Source of the DNA: an uncultured delta proteobacterium
Lineage (GTDB): Bacteria > Desulfobacterota > Binatia > Binatales > Binataceae
Assembly: GCA_963794325.1 (NCBI GenBank)
Contig: CAWCDG010000004.1
Span: forward strand, 1,536,001-1,600,000
DNA: 64,000 nt
Direction: 5' to 3'
Part shown: one piece after another, positions 1-10,303 of the stretch
How the letters are laid out: every line of letters begins with the position of its first letter
Numbering within the stretch: the stretch's first letter is position 1
Notes under the pieces: model-generated
Told to the model about the DNA's origin: nothing
Seen by the model: only the letters and a program-made list of their open reading frames with translations
The model's database searches: none
Made by a program: the position numbers and the translations under genes

Positions 1-2
1 TG

Positions 3-965
3 ATCTTCATACCCATTGGACCATCGTCCAAGAAAAATGGCGCTGCATGCACTACACCAGGAAAGCGTGGTTGTTTCGCGACCGGAGAATTCTACGACTT
101 CCATGCCGTGAATCTGAGCCGCAAGCCGTCAAACTCAATTGAAAACAGCGAATTCGGCGCGCGCTACTCGAGCCTGCTGCCGATTGGAAACGGACTCCAG
201 ACCAGCTTTATCTTCCTGTACGAATATCGCAACGCGAAAACCGAAACCTGCTACGCCTGCGCAGCGAGCGTCACCGGAGTGCCGGGTTCGATCGCGATTG
301 CTCCGGGCACATTCCTCCTCCCCGGTTACTATCTCCATGGCAAGCCGCGCGCGGGGGTCCAGAAGGGCGGAAGCGTCGAGGCATTTTCCAAGACTGACTA
401 CGTGCGCAATAAGTTCTTTGGCTTGACCGGAACTTACTACGACAAAGACCTGACCGATATCGTGTACCGATACGACATTCTCTATCAGCCGGACATCAAT
501 GCCGCCGTACCGGGCGCGTTTGATGCGAGGGGTCAGGAATGGACCGAATTCACCCGCTGGATCCTCGCAGGTGACCGTCCGACCTATATCCCGTGGCTAT
601 CGAAGCAGCACACGTTCCTAACCGCTCAGGTCACTGAGACCTGGTACCCCGATCGTCCGGCCAACCAGACGACCCCGACATCGTCGGCCGGCAAAGTTCG
701 TGAGCTGAGCACCTTGGGCTTCCTCGCGGCGACCAACTGGCTGATGAACGGGCAGTTGACGGCGACCAACGTCTTCCTGTGGGACGTGGACGACAACGTC
801 GGTGAGCTATCAACCACCAACGTTTACCGCTATTCGCGAAACGTACTGCTCGGAGTGAACGCGCAGTGGTTCCTCGGGCGCAGCGGCCGTTTCACCGATC
901 CGTACGTGCTCAGCCGATATCAGCGCTTCAACGAGCTGGAGTTCACCTTCACGTACGAAATCTAG
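3..965 (+). CDS. 5'-truncated outer-membrane beta-barrel protein, DUF1302-like
   Basis: Frame is open from base 3 (IFIPIGPSS...), so the gene begins before the window. It has amphipathic beta-strand-like segments and a C-terminal ...FNELEFTFTYEI typical of OM barrels. Confidence 0.55.
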   Translation: MFIPIGPSSKKNGAACTTPGKRGCFATGEFYDFHAVNLSRKPSNSIENSEFGARYSSLLPIGNGLQTSFIFLYEYRNAKTETCYACAASVTGVPGSIAIAPGTFLLPGYYLHGKPRAGVQKGGSVEAFSKTDYVRNKFFGLTGTYYDKDLTDIVYRYDILYQPDINAAVPGAFDARGQEWTEFTRWILAGDRPTYIPWLSKQHTFLTAQVTETWYPDRPANQTTPTSSAGKVRELSTLGFLAATNWLMNGQLTATNVFLWDVDDNVGELSTTNVYRYSRNVLLGVNAQWFLGRSGRFTDPYVLSRYQRFNELEFTFTYEI

Positions 966-984
966 AAGTCGATTGGACTGATCG

Positions 985-1022
985 GGCGGCTGTGGCGTAT
1001 GCTACAGCCGCCTTTGTTTTTT
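985..1022 (+). terminator. Rho-independent terminator
   Basis: GGCGGCTGTGGC-GTAT-GCTACAGCCGCC 12-bp stem followed by TTTGTTTTTT, 20 nt after the barrel gene stop. Confidence 0.85.
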
Positions 1023-1098
1023 CGGCGAGAGAATCGTCCGGAGACCTCCTGCTATCGAGGTTCTTTCGCCCGCAATCTTTCCGGCTGCGCATGCCGCG

Positions 1099-1614
1099 AT
1101 GGACGATAACTCACAGACACATTGGTATCTGGTTCGTACCAAGACCGGTAAGGAGCGATGGGTCCGCGATCAACTCGCCAACCGGGTGCCGGAAGTCTTT
1201 CTGCCGATGCTGAAGGCCAAGGTGCCTCGATGGGGCCGGATGGTAGTGTCAATCGCTCCGCTGTTTCCATGCTACGTGTTTGCGAGGTTCGATCTTCAAA
1301 GCCAGTATTTCGACGTGAAGTACATGGCCGGCGTGCGCGCGATCGTATCGGCTGGAACCGATCCCCTCGCAGTGCCGACGCCGATAGTGACGGAGATTCG
1401 GCGCCGCGGGGTGGACGACGTGATCGAGATACCCGACAAGCCTTTTGGCACTGGTGAGCGGGTCGTCGTCGTGGACGGTCCCTTCCGAGGTTTCGAGGCT
1501 ATTTTTCAGCGTTATCTCGCAGGCGCCGAGCGAGTCGCGATTCTGCTAAGCGCAGTCGAATCGGGCGGCCTGCGCGTCGTATTGTCGGCCTCGGCGGTCG
1601 TCAAAGATTCGTGA
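1099..1614 (+). CDS. NusG paralogue (RfaH/UpxY-like transcription antiterminator)
   Basis: NGN motifs WYLVRTKTGKE and PLFPCYVFARF; KOW motif GERVVVVDGPFRGFEAIF. Not in the secE-nusG-rplK context, and lies upstream of a polysaccharide locus. Confidence 0.88.
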   Translation: MDDNSQTHWYLVRTKTGKERWVRDQLANRVPEVFLPMLKAKVPRWGRMVVSIAPLFPCYVFARFDLQSQYFDVKYMAGVRAIVSAGTDPLAVPTPIVTEIRRRGVDDVIEIPDKPFGTGERVVVVDGPFRGFEAIFQRYLAGAERVAILLSAVESGGLRVVLSASAVVKDS

Positions 1615-1617
1615 CGG

Positions 1618-2196
1618 ATGCGCTCGCCGCGCCTATCGACAATCGCGCACGCACTTCTGCCAAGTGTCGCGACCGCGATCGCATTCGCAGCCTGCTCGGC
1701 CAGCTCGCCCGCAGTCGTGTCAGCGCAGAAGAAGGTCCAGGGACTACTGGGACAGCCCAACGTTACGGCATTCCTGGACGTGAGATTCGGTGATTCTCTG
1801 TATCGCGTTCAGAACCGTTTCCCCAACGGCAGCCTGGAGACCGCTCCGTACGGCGCCGACACCTACCGAATCAACAACATCGAGGTCGACGGAATCCGAT
1901 ATAGCCAAGTCAAGTACGAGTTCACGACGTACTCGGGGATGCAGCTGGTGATGGCGTGGTTCACGCCCGATTCGAGCGAGAAGGTACTCGCGAAATTGGT
2001 CGCAGCCGTCGGGCCGCCGACCGAGCAGAACAGCGCCAAGAGTAGCTCGCCCGCTGACACGCAAGCGCTCTGGCAACTTCCACACGGCGAACGCGTCGTC
2101 TATGACGGTCCGAAGCGATTCGTGGCGGTGCTGGGCCCGGGAGGCGGTCCGCTCAAAAAAGATGCTTTGGAGAACGAATCGCCCGATAGCCCCTGA
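1618..2196 (+). CDS. Hypothetical lipoprotein
   Basis: Basic N-terminus, hydrophobic stretch and lipobox-like FAAC; starts 3 nt after the NusG-paralogue stop. Confidence 0.65.
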   Translation: MRSPRLSTIAHALLPSVATAIAFAACSASSPAVVSAQKKVQGLLGQPNVTAFLDVRFGDSLYRVQNRFPNGSLETAPYGADTYRINNIEVDGIRYSQVKYEFTTYSGMQLVMAWFTPDSSEKVLAKLVAAVGPPTEQNSAKSSSPADTQALWQLPHGERVVYDGPKRFVAVLGPGGGPLKKDALENESPDSP

Positions 2197-2244
2197 CAGC
2201 GGCGCCACCTGCCACCCATCGCGGCAATGACGATGGATGCTTGC

Positions 2245-2274
2245 TTGATGTTCGTCTCATTAGCGTGTTATAAC
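2245..2274 (+). promoter_or_regulatory. Putative sigma70 promoter of the polysaccharide operon
   Basis: TTGATG (2245-2250), 18-nt spacer, TATAAC (2269-2274) with extended -10 TG at 2266-2267. Confidence 0.5.
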
Positions 2275-2596
2275 GCACCTTCGGGGTTCTCGACGGTATT
2301 AGGCTAACCAGATTTGAACGCTGGGGATCTATCCGATCTGCGGCGTGGTCTGTGCAATCTGGACGGTGATCGCTCAGTTTTGGTGATCTTTGCGCTGGCC
2401 TGCGTAATCACGGGATGGCGGACGCATGCCAGACTCGGTCGTCATTTTGGTACGCAAGTCAAAAACACAGCCTGTCCGCTCATGATTAGCTATCCCCCTT
2501 CCTTTAATAGGAATTTTAGCTATCATGGCGTGGCTCAGGCTTTAACAGGGACCCGGGGGTGCTCGTGATTTTCACGAGATACGAGGGTGCCTTACC

Positions 2597-5500
2597 ATGA
2601 GTAGTGTTATTAAACAAGCAGTTCAAGTAAGCCTAAAGATTCTCGTCGTACTGTTCGCGGTGCTGTTCATCACCGCCTCGGCGTACGCGCAAATGAATGA
2701 CTCCAGCGGTGGAGCGCTCGGCGGCGCCAGCGGTCTGGATAGCTCCGGAGGCGCGGCCAACGGACAGAATTTTGGCACGGAAGGCGATTCACAAAATGGA
2801 CCGGTGAACAACACGATCCGTCGCGGATGCGCCGATCCGGCCGATCCGAATGCGGCCGATTCCGGTCTGCCGCCGTGCGCGAATTCGAATTCAGATAGCA
2901 GCGATTCCGATCAAGTTACGCCATCAACTCTTTCCGGCGGCACTGCTGGGCCGGCTGGTGCGTCGTCCGCGATGCGTGGGGCGCAGGGCTTCGCGAACAC
3001 GATGAACAAGCAGTCGATGGGTGCTGTCATCCAGCAGCTTGGAATTTCCCCCGACGAACTCGGCAGCTTGAAAAATGAAATGGCGTCGGGCGGTCTCAGC
3101 CCTGACGACATGCAGGAGCTGTGTCTCCATTTCGCCGCGAAGCAACTCAGTGCCAGCGACGTCACGGGCATCGCCAAGTCTCTCGGACTGAGTTTCACCG
3201 ATCAGCAGCTGGCGCAACTTAAGAGTTGCACTGGACTCGCGGGAGACGGTGGATCGGATGAGACCGCATCGCCCGGGCAACAGATGGGGATGACGCCCTC
3301 GCAATCGACGTCTTCTTCAAATCCGAATCAGTCGGCGTCGTCGGTCGAATCGCAGTTCCGCGGTCTTGATTCCGCGGTCGCTCCCGCCGCGCCGAGCACG
3401 CGCAACCTGCAGCAATTCGGGTACTCGCTGTTTGCCTCGCGCGTCTCGACCTTCGCTCCGGTATCAAACGTCCCGGTCAGCGACTACTACGTGATCGGTC
3501 CCGGCGACCAGCTCAAGATGCTGATGTGGGGACGTATCAACAACACGCTGAATCTGACGGTCGGCCGCGACGGCTCGGTGAGCATCCCCGAAATAGGGCC
3601 ACTCCAGGTTGCAGGGTTGAACTTCGCGCAGACCAAGAAGCTCATCGAGGATCACGCCGGACAAATCACGGGCGTCAAAGTCGACGTCACGATGGGCAAG
3701 CTGAAAACTATCCAGGTGTACGTGGTCGGCGAAGTCCAGCAGCCCGGCGCCTACACCGTCAGCGCGTTGTCGCACGTATCGAACGCGCTCGGCGCCGCCG
3801 GTGGCATCACGAAGATCGGCAGCCTGCGCAAGGTCGAACTTCGGCGCGGCAATCAATTGGTGCGCGTGATCGATCTCTACTCGCTGCTACTCGCCGGCAA
3901 TGAGCAAGGCGACGAGCAACTGCAGCCCGACGACGTTATCTTCGTACCGGTCATCGGTCCTGTGGTTGGAATGATCGGCGACGTGAAGCGGCCCGCTATC
4001 TACGAGCTCAACCGCTCCGGCGAGCCGCTCAACTCGGTAATCAAGCTCGGCGGCGGAATCGGCGCGTTCGGCTACTCGCAGCGGGTACAGGTCGAGCGGG
4101 TTGACGCCCATGAGAAACGAATCGCACTCGATGTCGATCTCAACGATATCCGATCGCAGCGCTTCGACATCCGCGACGGCGATCTAATCAAGGTTTATCC
4201 GGTGCTCCCGACGCAGAGGGACATCGTGACCGTGCGCGGGAGCGTCAATCGTCCCGGAAAATTCGAATGGCATCAGGGGATGCGGGTCGGCGACCTGGTG
4301 CAACTCGCCGAAGGTCCGGCGCCCCATACTTTTTTCAAGTACGCGCTGATTCGCCGCAAGGAAGGCAAGGCCAGGACGGTGCGGCTGGTGCCGGTCGATC
4401 TCGGTGAAGCGATGTCCGACGTGGTCGGCGGGCCGCAGAACATTTCACTCGAGCAGGAAGATGAGCTGACCGTATTCAGCGAATCGCAGATGAAGTATCT
4501 GCCCACGGTGCAGGTTTTCGGCGAGGTTCGAAATCCCGGCTACTACGTGATGAGCCAGGGGATGCATGTCAGCGACCTGCTGTATCTTGCGGGCGGGCTC
4601 AAGGACGACGCGTACCAGAAGGACGCCGAAATCGCGCGCACGCAGGTCATCAACGGCAGCCATACCAGCCACACTTTCATGGACGTCGATTTGCGCGCGG
4701 CCATGTCCGGCAGTGACGAGCACAATCCCGAACTGGTGGCCAACGATCAGTTGTTCGTGCGCCGCGCATCGGACTGGCATCTGCCGTGGGTCGTGATGGT
4801 GAAGGGGATGGTCGCGCGGCCGGGGCCTTATACGATTCACGACGGCGAAAGAATCGCGTCGGTGCTCGAGCGATCGGGTGGCTTGTTGCCCGATGCCTAC
4901 CTGCCGGCGACCGTGCTGATTCGCCACTCGATAAGAGAGCTTCAGCAAAAACGCCTCGACGAGGCTCGCGAACGCTTGCAGCAGTCGATCGTGCGCATCC
5001 AGATGAATCCGGGCACCATGAACCAGTTGGCTGCCACCCAGAGTCCTCAGAACCAAAATCCCGCAACCAGTCCGCAAACGCTCAACGCACTCGAGCGCGT
5101 GCTGACGGAAACCGAAGGCCAGCAGGCCCAGGGCCGTCTCGTCGTCCACATGCATCCGCTTAACGAGCTGGCCAATTCGCCGGATAACGTGGTGCTGGTC
5201 GATCAGGACCAGGTGACAATCCCGCGCCGTCCCGACGCCGTGAACGTGCTCGGCCAGGTGTACAGCCCCAACGCGATCGTCTATCGCCCCGGGCTGACCA
5301 CGCGCGATTATCTCAATCAGGCCGGCGGCCCGAACGAAGGCGCCGACGCCGAACACATCATGGTGATCAAGGCCGACGGCTCTGTGATGACCGACGAAGG
5401 AATCAAGGCGAGCAAGGAATCGACGATGTTCCCGCTGCTGCCGGTGATATCGGGCGGCCTGATGTCGGCGCGGCTTGACCCTGGCGATACGGTGTACGTT

Positions 5501-5614
5501 CCTGAGAAACTAATTTACGAAAATAAGTTGCAGAACACGGCCACGATCACGCAGATTATAGCGAATGCAGCTTCGTCGCTGGCTGTGATAGGAATATTGG
5601 GCTCGAGTTTGTAG
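2597..5614 (+). CDS. Polysaccharide export protein with multiple SLBB domains (Wza/KpsD-like OPX)
   Basis: Poly_export motif FGYSLF...DYYVIGPGDQL...DGSVSIPEIGPLQVAG; repeated SLBB units (VYVVGEVQQPG, GDVKRPAIY, VRGSVNRPG, VFGEVRNPG, VKGMVARPG, VLGQVYSPN); C-terminal amphipathic helix. Confidence 0.9.
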   Translation: MSSVIKQAVQVSLKILVVLFAVLFITASAYAQMNDSSGGALGGASGLDSSGGAANGQNFGTEGDSQNGPVNNTIRRGCADPADPNAADSGLPPCANSNSDSSDSDQVTPSTLSGGTAGPAGASSAMRGAQGFANTMNKQSMGAVIQQLGISPDELGSLKNEMASGGLSPDDMQELCLHFAAKQLSASDVTGIAKSLGLSFTDQQLAQLKSCTGLAGDGGSDETASPGQQMGMTPSQSTSSSNPNQSASSVESQFRGLDSAVAPAAPSTRNLQQFGYSLFASRVSTFAPVSNVPVSDYYVIGPGDQLKMLMWGRINNTLNLTVGRDGSVSIPEIGPLQVAGLNFAQTKKLIEDHAGQITGVKVDVTMGKLKTIQVYVVGEVQQPGAYTVSALSHVSNALGAAGGITKIGSLRKVELRRGNQLVRVIDLYSLLLAGNEQGDEQLQPDDVIFVPVIGPVVGMIGDVKRPAIYELNRSGEPLNSVIKLGGGIGAFGYSQRVQVERVDAHEKRIALDVDLNDIRSQRFDIRDGDLIKVYPVLPTQRDIVTVRGSVNRPGKFEWHQGMRVGDLVQLAEGPAPHTFFKYALIRRKEGKARTVRLVPVDLGEAMSDVVGGPQNISLEQEDELTVFSESQMKYLPTVQVFGEVRNPGYYVMSQGMHVSDLLYLAGGLKDDAYQKDAEIARTQVINGSHTSHTFMDVDLRAAMSGSDEHNPELVANDQLFVRRASDWHLPWVVMVKGMVARPGPYTIHDGERIASVLERSGGLLPDAYLPATVLIRHSIRELQQKRLDEARERLQQSIVRIQMNPGTMNQLAATQSPQNQNPATSPQTLNALERVLTETEGQQAQGRLVVHMHPLNELANSPDNVVLVDQDQVTIPRRPDAVNVLGQVYSPNAIVYRPGLTTRDYLNQAGGPNEGADAEHIMVIKADGSVMTDEGIKASKESTMFPLLPVISGGLMSARLDPGDTVYVPEKLIYENKLQNTATITQIIANAASSLAVIGILGSSL

Positions 5615-5633
5615 CGGATCGCAGGGTCAACGG

Positions 5634-6374
5634 GTGGGGGTTCGAGTGGGGGTTCGGAAAACAATCATCGCAGCTGCGATGGGCTTCGCCTTAATCGGCG
5701 CGGCTTCGGCACGGGCGCAACAGCCCGTGAGCTCGCGCGCGGAGAACGATCGCTTATTCCGCGCCGCGGCGGAGCTATACAGCATCGACCCCGATCTGCT
5801 GGCCGCAATTGCGAGCGTCGAGTCGGGCGGCAATTCCGCCGCGGTCTCGCCCAAGGGTGCGCAGGGCCTGATGCAACTCATGCCCGCGACGGCGGATCGC
5901 TTTCGCGTGCTCGATCCCTTCGATCCTGTCAGCAATACGCTCGGCGCAGTCCGGTTCATAAGTTTTCTACGACAGTATCGCACCACCCACAGCGATGGCG
6001 CGCCTTTGAACCTGCCCGAGATGCTCGCGGCGTATAACGCGGGCGAGGGCGCGGTCGACAAGTACAACGGCATCCCGCCGTATCCTGAGACCCAGCAATA
6101 CGTCCGCAAAGTCCTGGTTGCTTATCTGTTCCGCAACTCTCGCAGCCCGCTCGCCCAACGCCTCGGTGCGCGTCCGGTCGAGCAGACGGATTCCGGGGTC
6201 CAGCCGATGCGTTCGAAGCCGGCGATCAGCCATTTGCATCCGGTATTGACGCAGCAAAAGAATCCGCCGGTCGATTCGATCGACAAGCTCACCGAGATCC
6301 AGCGCCTGCGACAAATCGAGCTCGCCAAACAACAGACCGCCAGCCGCTTCGGTGAATCCGATGGACCCCGTTAG
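5634..6374 (+). CDS. Lytic transglycosylase (SLT domain), secreted
   Basis: Signal peptide; motifs IASVESGG, GAQGLMQLMP, AAYNAGEGAV, ETQQYV. Confidence 0.9.
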   Translation: MGVRVGVRKTIIAAAMGFALIGAASARAQQPVSSRAENDRLFRAAAELYSIDPDLLAAIASVESGGNSAAVSPKGAQGLMQLMPATADRFRVLDPFDPVSNTLGAVRFISFLRQYRTTHSDGAPLNLPEMLAAYNAGEGAVDKYNGIPPYPETQQYVRKVLVAYLFRNSRSPLAQRLGARPVEQTDSGVQPMRSKPAISHLHPVLTQQKNPPVDSIDKLTEIQRLRQIELAKQQTASRFGESDGPR

Positions 6375-8053
6375 CGCCTCGCGGCCGTCGCGCCGGATAA
6401 AATTTCCGCTGATGCTGGCGGCGCTCGCGCTCGTTATGGATCGCGCGCCCCGCTTTCGCATCGACCTACGCCGCATATATCCCTCTCGACAGCTCGATCT
6501 ACGACGAGCTCGACACGCTGAACGACCTGGGATTGGCCGACAGCTACATCGAGGAAATTCAGCCGATTAGCCGCGTCGAAGCCGCGCGCATCACGGTCGA
6601 GGCCGAAGCGAAACTGTCCGAAATGCAGGAACAGAATCAACTCGCGCGCAGCGTTATCAGCGAGTTGCGGATGCAGTTGCCCGAAGAAGTGCAATGGATC
6701 GAGAACGATCACGAAGACAACCTGCCCACGATGTTCCATCCGATCGAGCGCATCGAGGGCGAGTACGTTTTGTCCGAAGGCAAGCGACGTTCGCTCAATA
6801 CCACCGACACACCGACCAACCCGAATGGAGGCGGAATCGACTTCCAGGAAGGCACTCCGCTTCTGCCGAACAACGACAACCTCTCCACCGACCAGGGGAG
6901 CAATGAAATCCTGCGGTGGTCGGGATGGGGCGGATTCGGCGGCTTCATCACCGGTTACGGCGAAGGCGCGCTCGCTGGCCCGATAACTGACAGTCCGAGT
7001 CAGGCAAATCGCGCGCAACTTTTGACCGGCGCGATGGTCGTCAGTCTCGGCAACACTGCGATCTCCTTCGGGCAGGAAGAGACGTCGTGGGGCGTCTCAC
7101 ATTACAACCAGCTATCGCAATCGAATAACGGGCAGCCGTTCCCGGCTTTGCGCATCCAGAATATCCATCCCGGACATCTGCCCGGGATTTTGCGTTACCT
7201 CGGATTGTATCGGTACCAGGCGTTCCTCGGGCAGCTCAACTCGGGACGAACGTTTTCGCGGCCATGGCTTTCCGGCCACATGATTACGTTCAGAACGCTG
7301 CCGTCTTTTGAATGGGGTATCGAACATACGATCATGTTCGGTGGCCGCGGCAACGACAACTACAGCCCCGCGGGATTCGTCGGCAACCTGACTGGTCTTT
7401 CGACTGGCAACTCGTCGACCGCCAATACCAACACCCGCTTCGGCATATTCGGCAAGGTGTACATCAAGCGACTGCGAGATACGCAAATCTATGCCGAGGA
7501 CCTGGCGGAAGACTTTTTCAATGCGGGCGGCCAGAGCGGATTCAAGCTGCCGTTCAAGGGACCGTCGTACACTGCCGGAATATACCTTCCACGGCTCACG
7601 CTCGACGGACGCACCACTGCGCGATTCGAATACGCGCTCACCGACAAGGAGTATTCAGTCCACAGCGACTCGCTGTACTGGAGTTACAACAACTCCCTGA
7701 TGGGCAGTTCGCTGGGGCCGGGTGCGTGGCAGGTTAATTTCGAGATCGATCGATGGGTGAATCTGCAGTCGCGCGTGGGTGTCGACACTTTCTATACTCG
7801 TCGTCAGGCAATCGCGACTCCGTATTACACACCGCCGACGCGCAATACCGAGACCGGTTACGGCGTCGCACTTGATTTCCTCCACCTGCCGCTGGAAATT
7901 GCGCCGCTGGCAAATTCGCTGGGCGAGATGAAGGCGCGCGCCGGAATGGAATACGTGACCGACATAAACTCCACCAACCAGAATTCTTTCCGCGCGCTCG
8001 TCCAGTTGAGCCTCGCGTTCAATCCGTCATGGGGCGGTTTCGTCTGGCATTAG
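6361..8053 (+). pseudogene. wzi: Capsule assembly Wzi-family OM protein with an apparent +1 frameshift at ~6439 (true lesion or sequencing error)
   Basis: ATG 6361 reads ...FPLMLAALALVM; removing one G at 6439 continues in frame as IARPAFA/STYAAYIPLDSSIYDELDTL into the 6533-8053 ORF, giving a clean signal peptide. Wzi-like body (FGQEETSWG...SNNGQPFPALR, IMFGG). Confidence 0.7.
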
Positions 8054-8080
8054 GCGCAAAACGTCACTTCTGCAAAATTG

Positions 8081-9124
8081 ATGGATCCCTCAGGCAGTAA
8101 CGGGCATTCGACTTCGTCCGCGAGCGGCAACGCCGCGCATGCTCGTCTCACTGACGCGCAGCACGCAACCCTGCAGTTTCTCTACTACGTCGATCTGCTG
8201 CGATCGCGATGGGTGCTGATTGCGTCGCTCACCATCGGAATCGGCCTCGGCTACGGCTTGTATACAAAATTCATGACCGTGAAATGGTATCGCGCGCAGG
8301 CCATCGTCACTCCAGTGGCGCCCGAAGAGGGACTTGGGCTTTCGATGGGCTCGGGAGGCGCGGGTCAGATGGTTGATGGACTGGGCGGGGGAATCGCGTC
8401 AATCCTCGAAGGCGGCGGCACCGACACCGTTACTCTGGCGGAACGTTACACCGCAATCATGAACAGCTATGCGTTCACGACCGACCTCGTCAACAAGTAT
8501 CATCTGGAGCACAACATCATCGGGGTCCGCAGTGCGAAAGCTCCGACTGTGACGAAGTGGTCGCTTCATAGGATGATCGCGGATCGATTCAACACCGAAT
8601 ACGACTTCAAGAGCGGCAACCTCACCCTGTATTTCCTGGATCCGTCGCCGGCCGAGGCTCAACGTGTGCTCGGATTTTACCTCGACAGCCTGCGTGACAA
8701 GCTCCGCAACGAGGAAGTGGAAGCGGGCGCGAGCGCCGCTGCGTCCCTCGAAGAGGAGGTCCGCAAGACTTCTGACGCGCTTCTGCAGACGCAACTCTAC
8801 GAGCTGATGGCGCGGCAGGTTCAGCGCGAGAAGATCGCGCAGGTGCAATCCGACTTCGCCTTCAAGGTGGTCGAGCCGCCGGTCGTGCCCGACAACTATT
8901 TCGAGCCGAAGGCCCGCAACAACGCGATATTAGCCGCCTGGATCACATTCGCGCTCGTCTGCACGTGGATTCTTGTGTCAGATTTCATTCGCCGCGCGAA
9001 GGAGCAATTCGCAGCTATCAACCAGGCGCCGGCCGATCAGACGGCTGACGATCAGCCGCCGCGCCCCGACGATGGCGAGGAAGTACATCCTCGCTTCGTT
9101 CGCAATCTTCGCCCCAAAGCCTGA
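8081..9124 (+). CDS. Polysaccharide co-polymerase / chain-length determinant (Wzz-like, no kinase domain)
   Basis: Two TM segments flanking a helical periplasmic region; YRAQAIVTP and FKVVEPPVVP..EPK motifs; no Walker A. Confidence 0.8.
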   Translation: MDPSGSNGHSTSSASGNAAHARLTDAQHATLQFLYYVDLLRSRWVLIASLTIGIGLGYGLYTKFMTVKWYRAQAIVTPVAPEEGLGLSMGSGGAGQMVDGLGGGIASILEGGGTDTVTLAERYTAIMNSYAFTTDLVNKYHLEHNIIGVRSAKAPTVTKWSLHRMIADRFNTEYDFKSGNLTLYFLDPSPAEAQRVLGFYLDSLRDKLRNEEVEAGASAAASLEEEVRKTSDALLQTQLYELMARQVQREKIAQVQSDFAFKVVEPPVVPDNYFEPKARNNAILAAWITFALVCTWILVSDFIRRAKEQFAAINQAPADQTADDQPPRPDDGEEVHPRFVRNLRPKA

Positions 9125-9207
9125 CGCCGCGTCTCTCACCCACCGTTCGGCGCCCCGCGAGACTTCCCTTCATTCGAGTTGCCTATCCGGCTGATGAATC
9201 CAACTCC

Positions 9208-10297
9208 ATGATTCTCGGCTGTCTTCACAGGCCTGACCGAGCATGGCGGCATTCAGCGCTATGGACGCCACGCCGCCGCGGTTATCGCAACGGTGGCGCG
9301 CGATCGCGGCGAAGATTATTGCTTCCTCGGCCTGAACGATCCTGCGGGCGATCATGAAATCGAGTCCGCCGGCGTCCGCTTCTCAATCGCCGGGTTCGCG
9401 CGGAACAAACCGGCGACGATTCGTGCCGTGCTGGCTCGAGCGCGACAGGCTCGGCTCGCATATCTCAATCATCCTAATCTGGCGCCGCTTGGACTTGGTT
9501 TGCGCGGGCTGAACCCGCGCTTGCGATACATCGTGAGCACCTATGGTTTCGAGGTGTGGGAACCGCTGCCCAGCGTGCGAGGATTTGCCCTGCAGCGGGC
9601 GGATAGGGTTACCGCGATCGCGGGATTTAACGCAGTCAAAGTGTCGGAGCTCCAGCATATCGCGCCGGATCGAATCACGATCGTGCCGTGCGCGCTCGAT
9701 CCGGAATTTTCAGACCTCAACAATGACCCGCAACGGCGTCATTCGAGCGAACCGCCGATCCTGCTTACGGTTGCGCGGCTGATGAGCGCCGAGCGCGGCG
9801 AGTACAAGGGCGTCGATACGGTTATCGAGGCGATGCCCGAGGTGCTGGCTGCATTTCCTGGCGTTCGCTACGTGATCGTCGGTGACGGTGACGATCGCCC
9901 GCGTCTCGAAAGACTCGCGCAGCAAACCGGGGTGCAGGATCGCGTGACGTTCACGGGGGCCGTGGATGCCGCGGCGCTGCGCGCATACTACGAGGCGTGC
10001 GAAATCTTCGTGATGCCGAGCAGGACCGAGGGCTTCGGCATCGTGTTCCTGGAGGCGATGGCGGTGGGAAAGCCGGTCATCGGTGGCAATCATGGCGGAA
10101 CGCCCGAGGTCTGGGCCGACGGCTCGGCGGGGTTCCTGGTTGACCATGGCGATGTGCGCGCACTTGCCGGCCGCCTGAAACTTTTGTTGGGCGACTCCGA
10201 GCTGCGCGCCCGGATGGGCGCGGCGGGGCGCGCGCTGGTCGCTGAGAACTTCAGTTTCGCGCGCTTCCGCCAGAACTTCGGAGAACTGCTGGTCTAA
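9208..10297 (+). pseudogene. GT4 glycosyltransferase with an apparent +1 frameshift at ~9220
   Basis: ATG 9208 MILG, then one extra T, then VFTGLTEHGGIQRYGRH in the frame of ORF 9293-10297. GT4 motifs YKGVD and EGFGIVFLEAMAVGKPVIG. Confidence 0.7.
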
Positions 10298-10303
10298 TCC
10301 GAA

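Noticed and set aside
2314-2568. 84-aa ORF in the operon leader
   Set aside because: TTG start, no clear RBS and no recognisable motif; treated as untranslated leader, though a leader peptide is not excluded.
5634-5657. 12-bp tandem duplication GTGGGGGTTCG(A/G) at the SLT start
   Set aside because: In frame and only two copies; it affects only the choice of GTG start.
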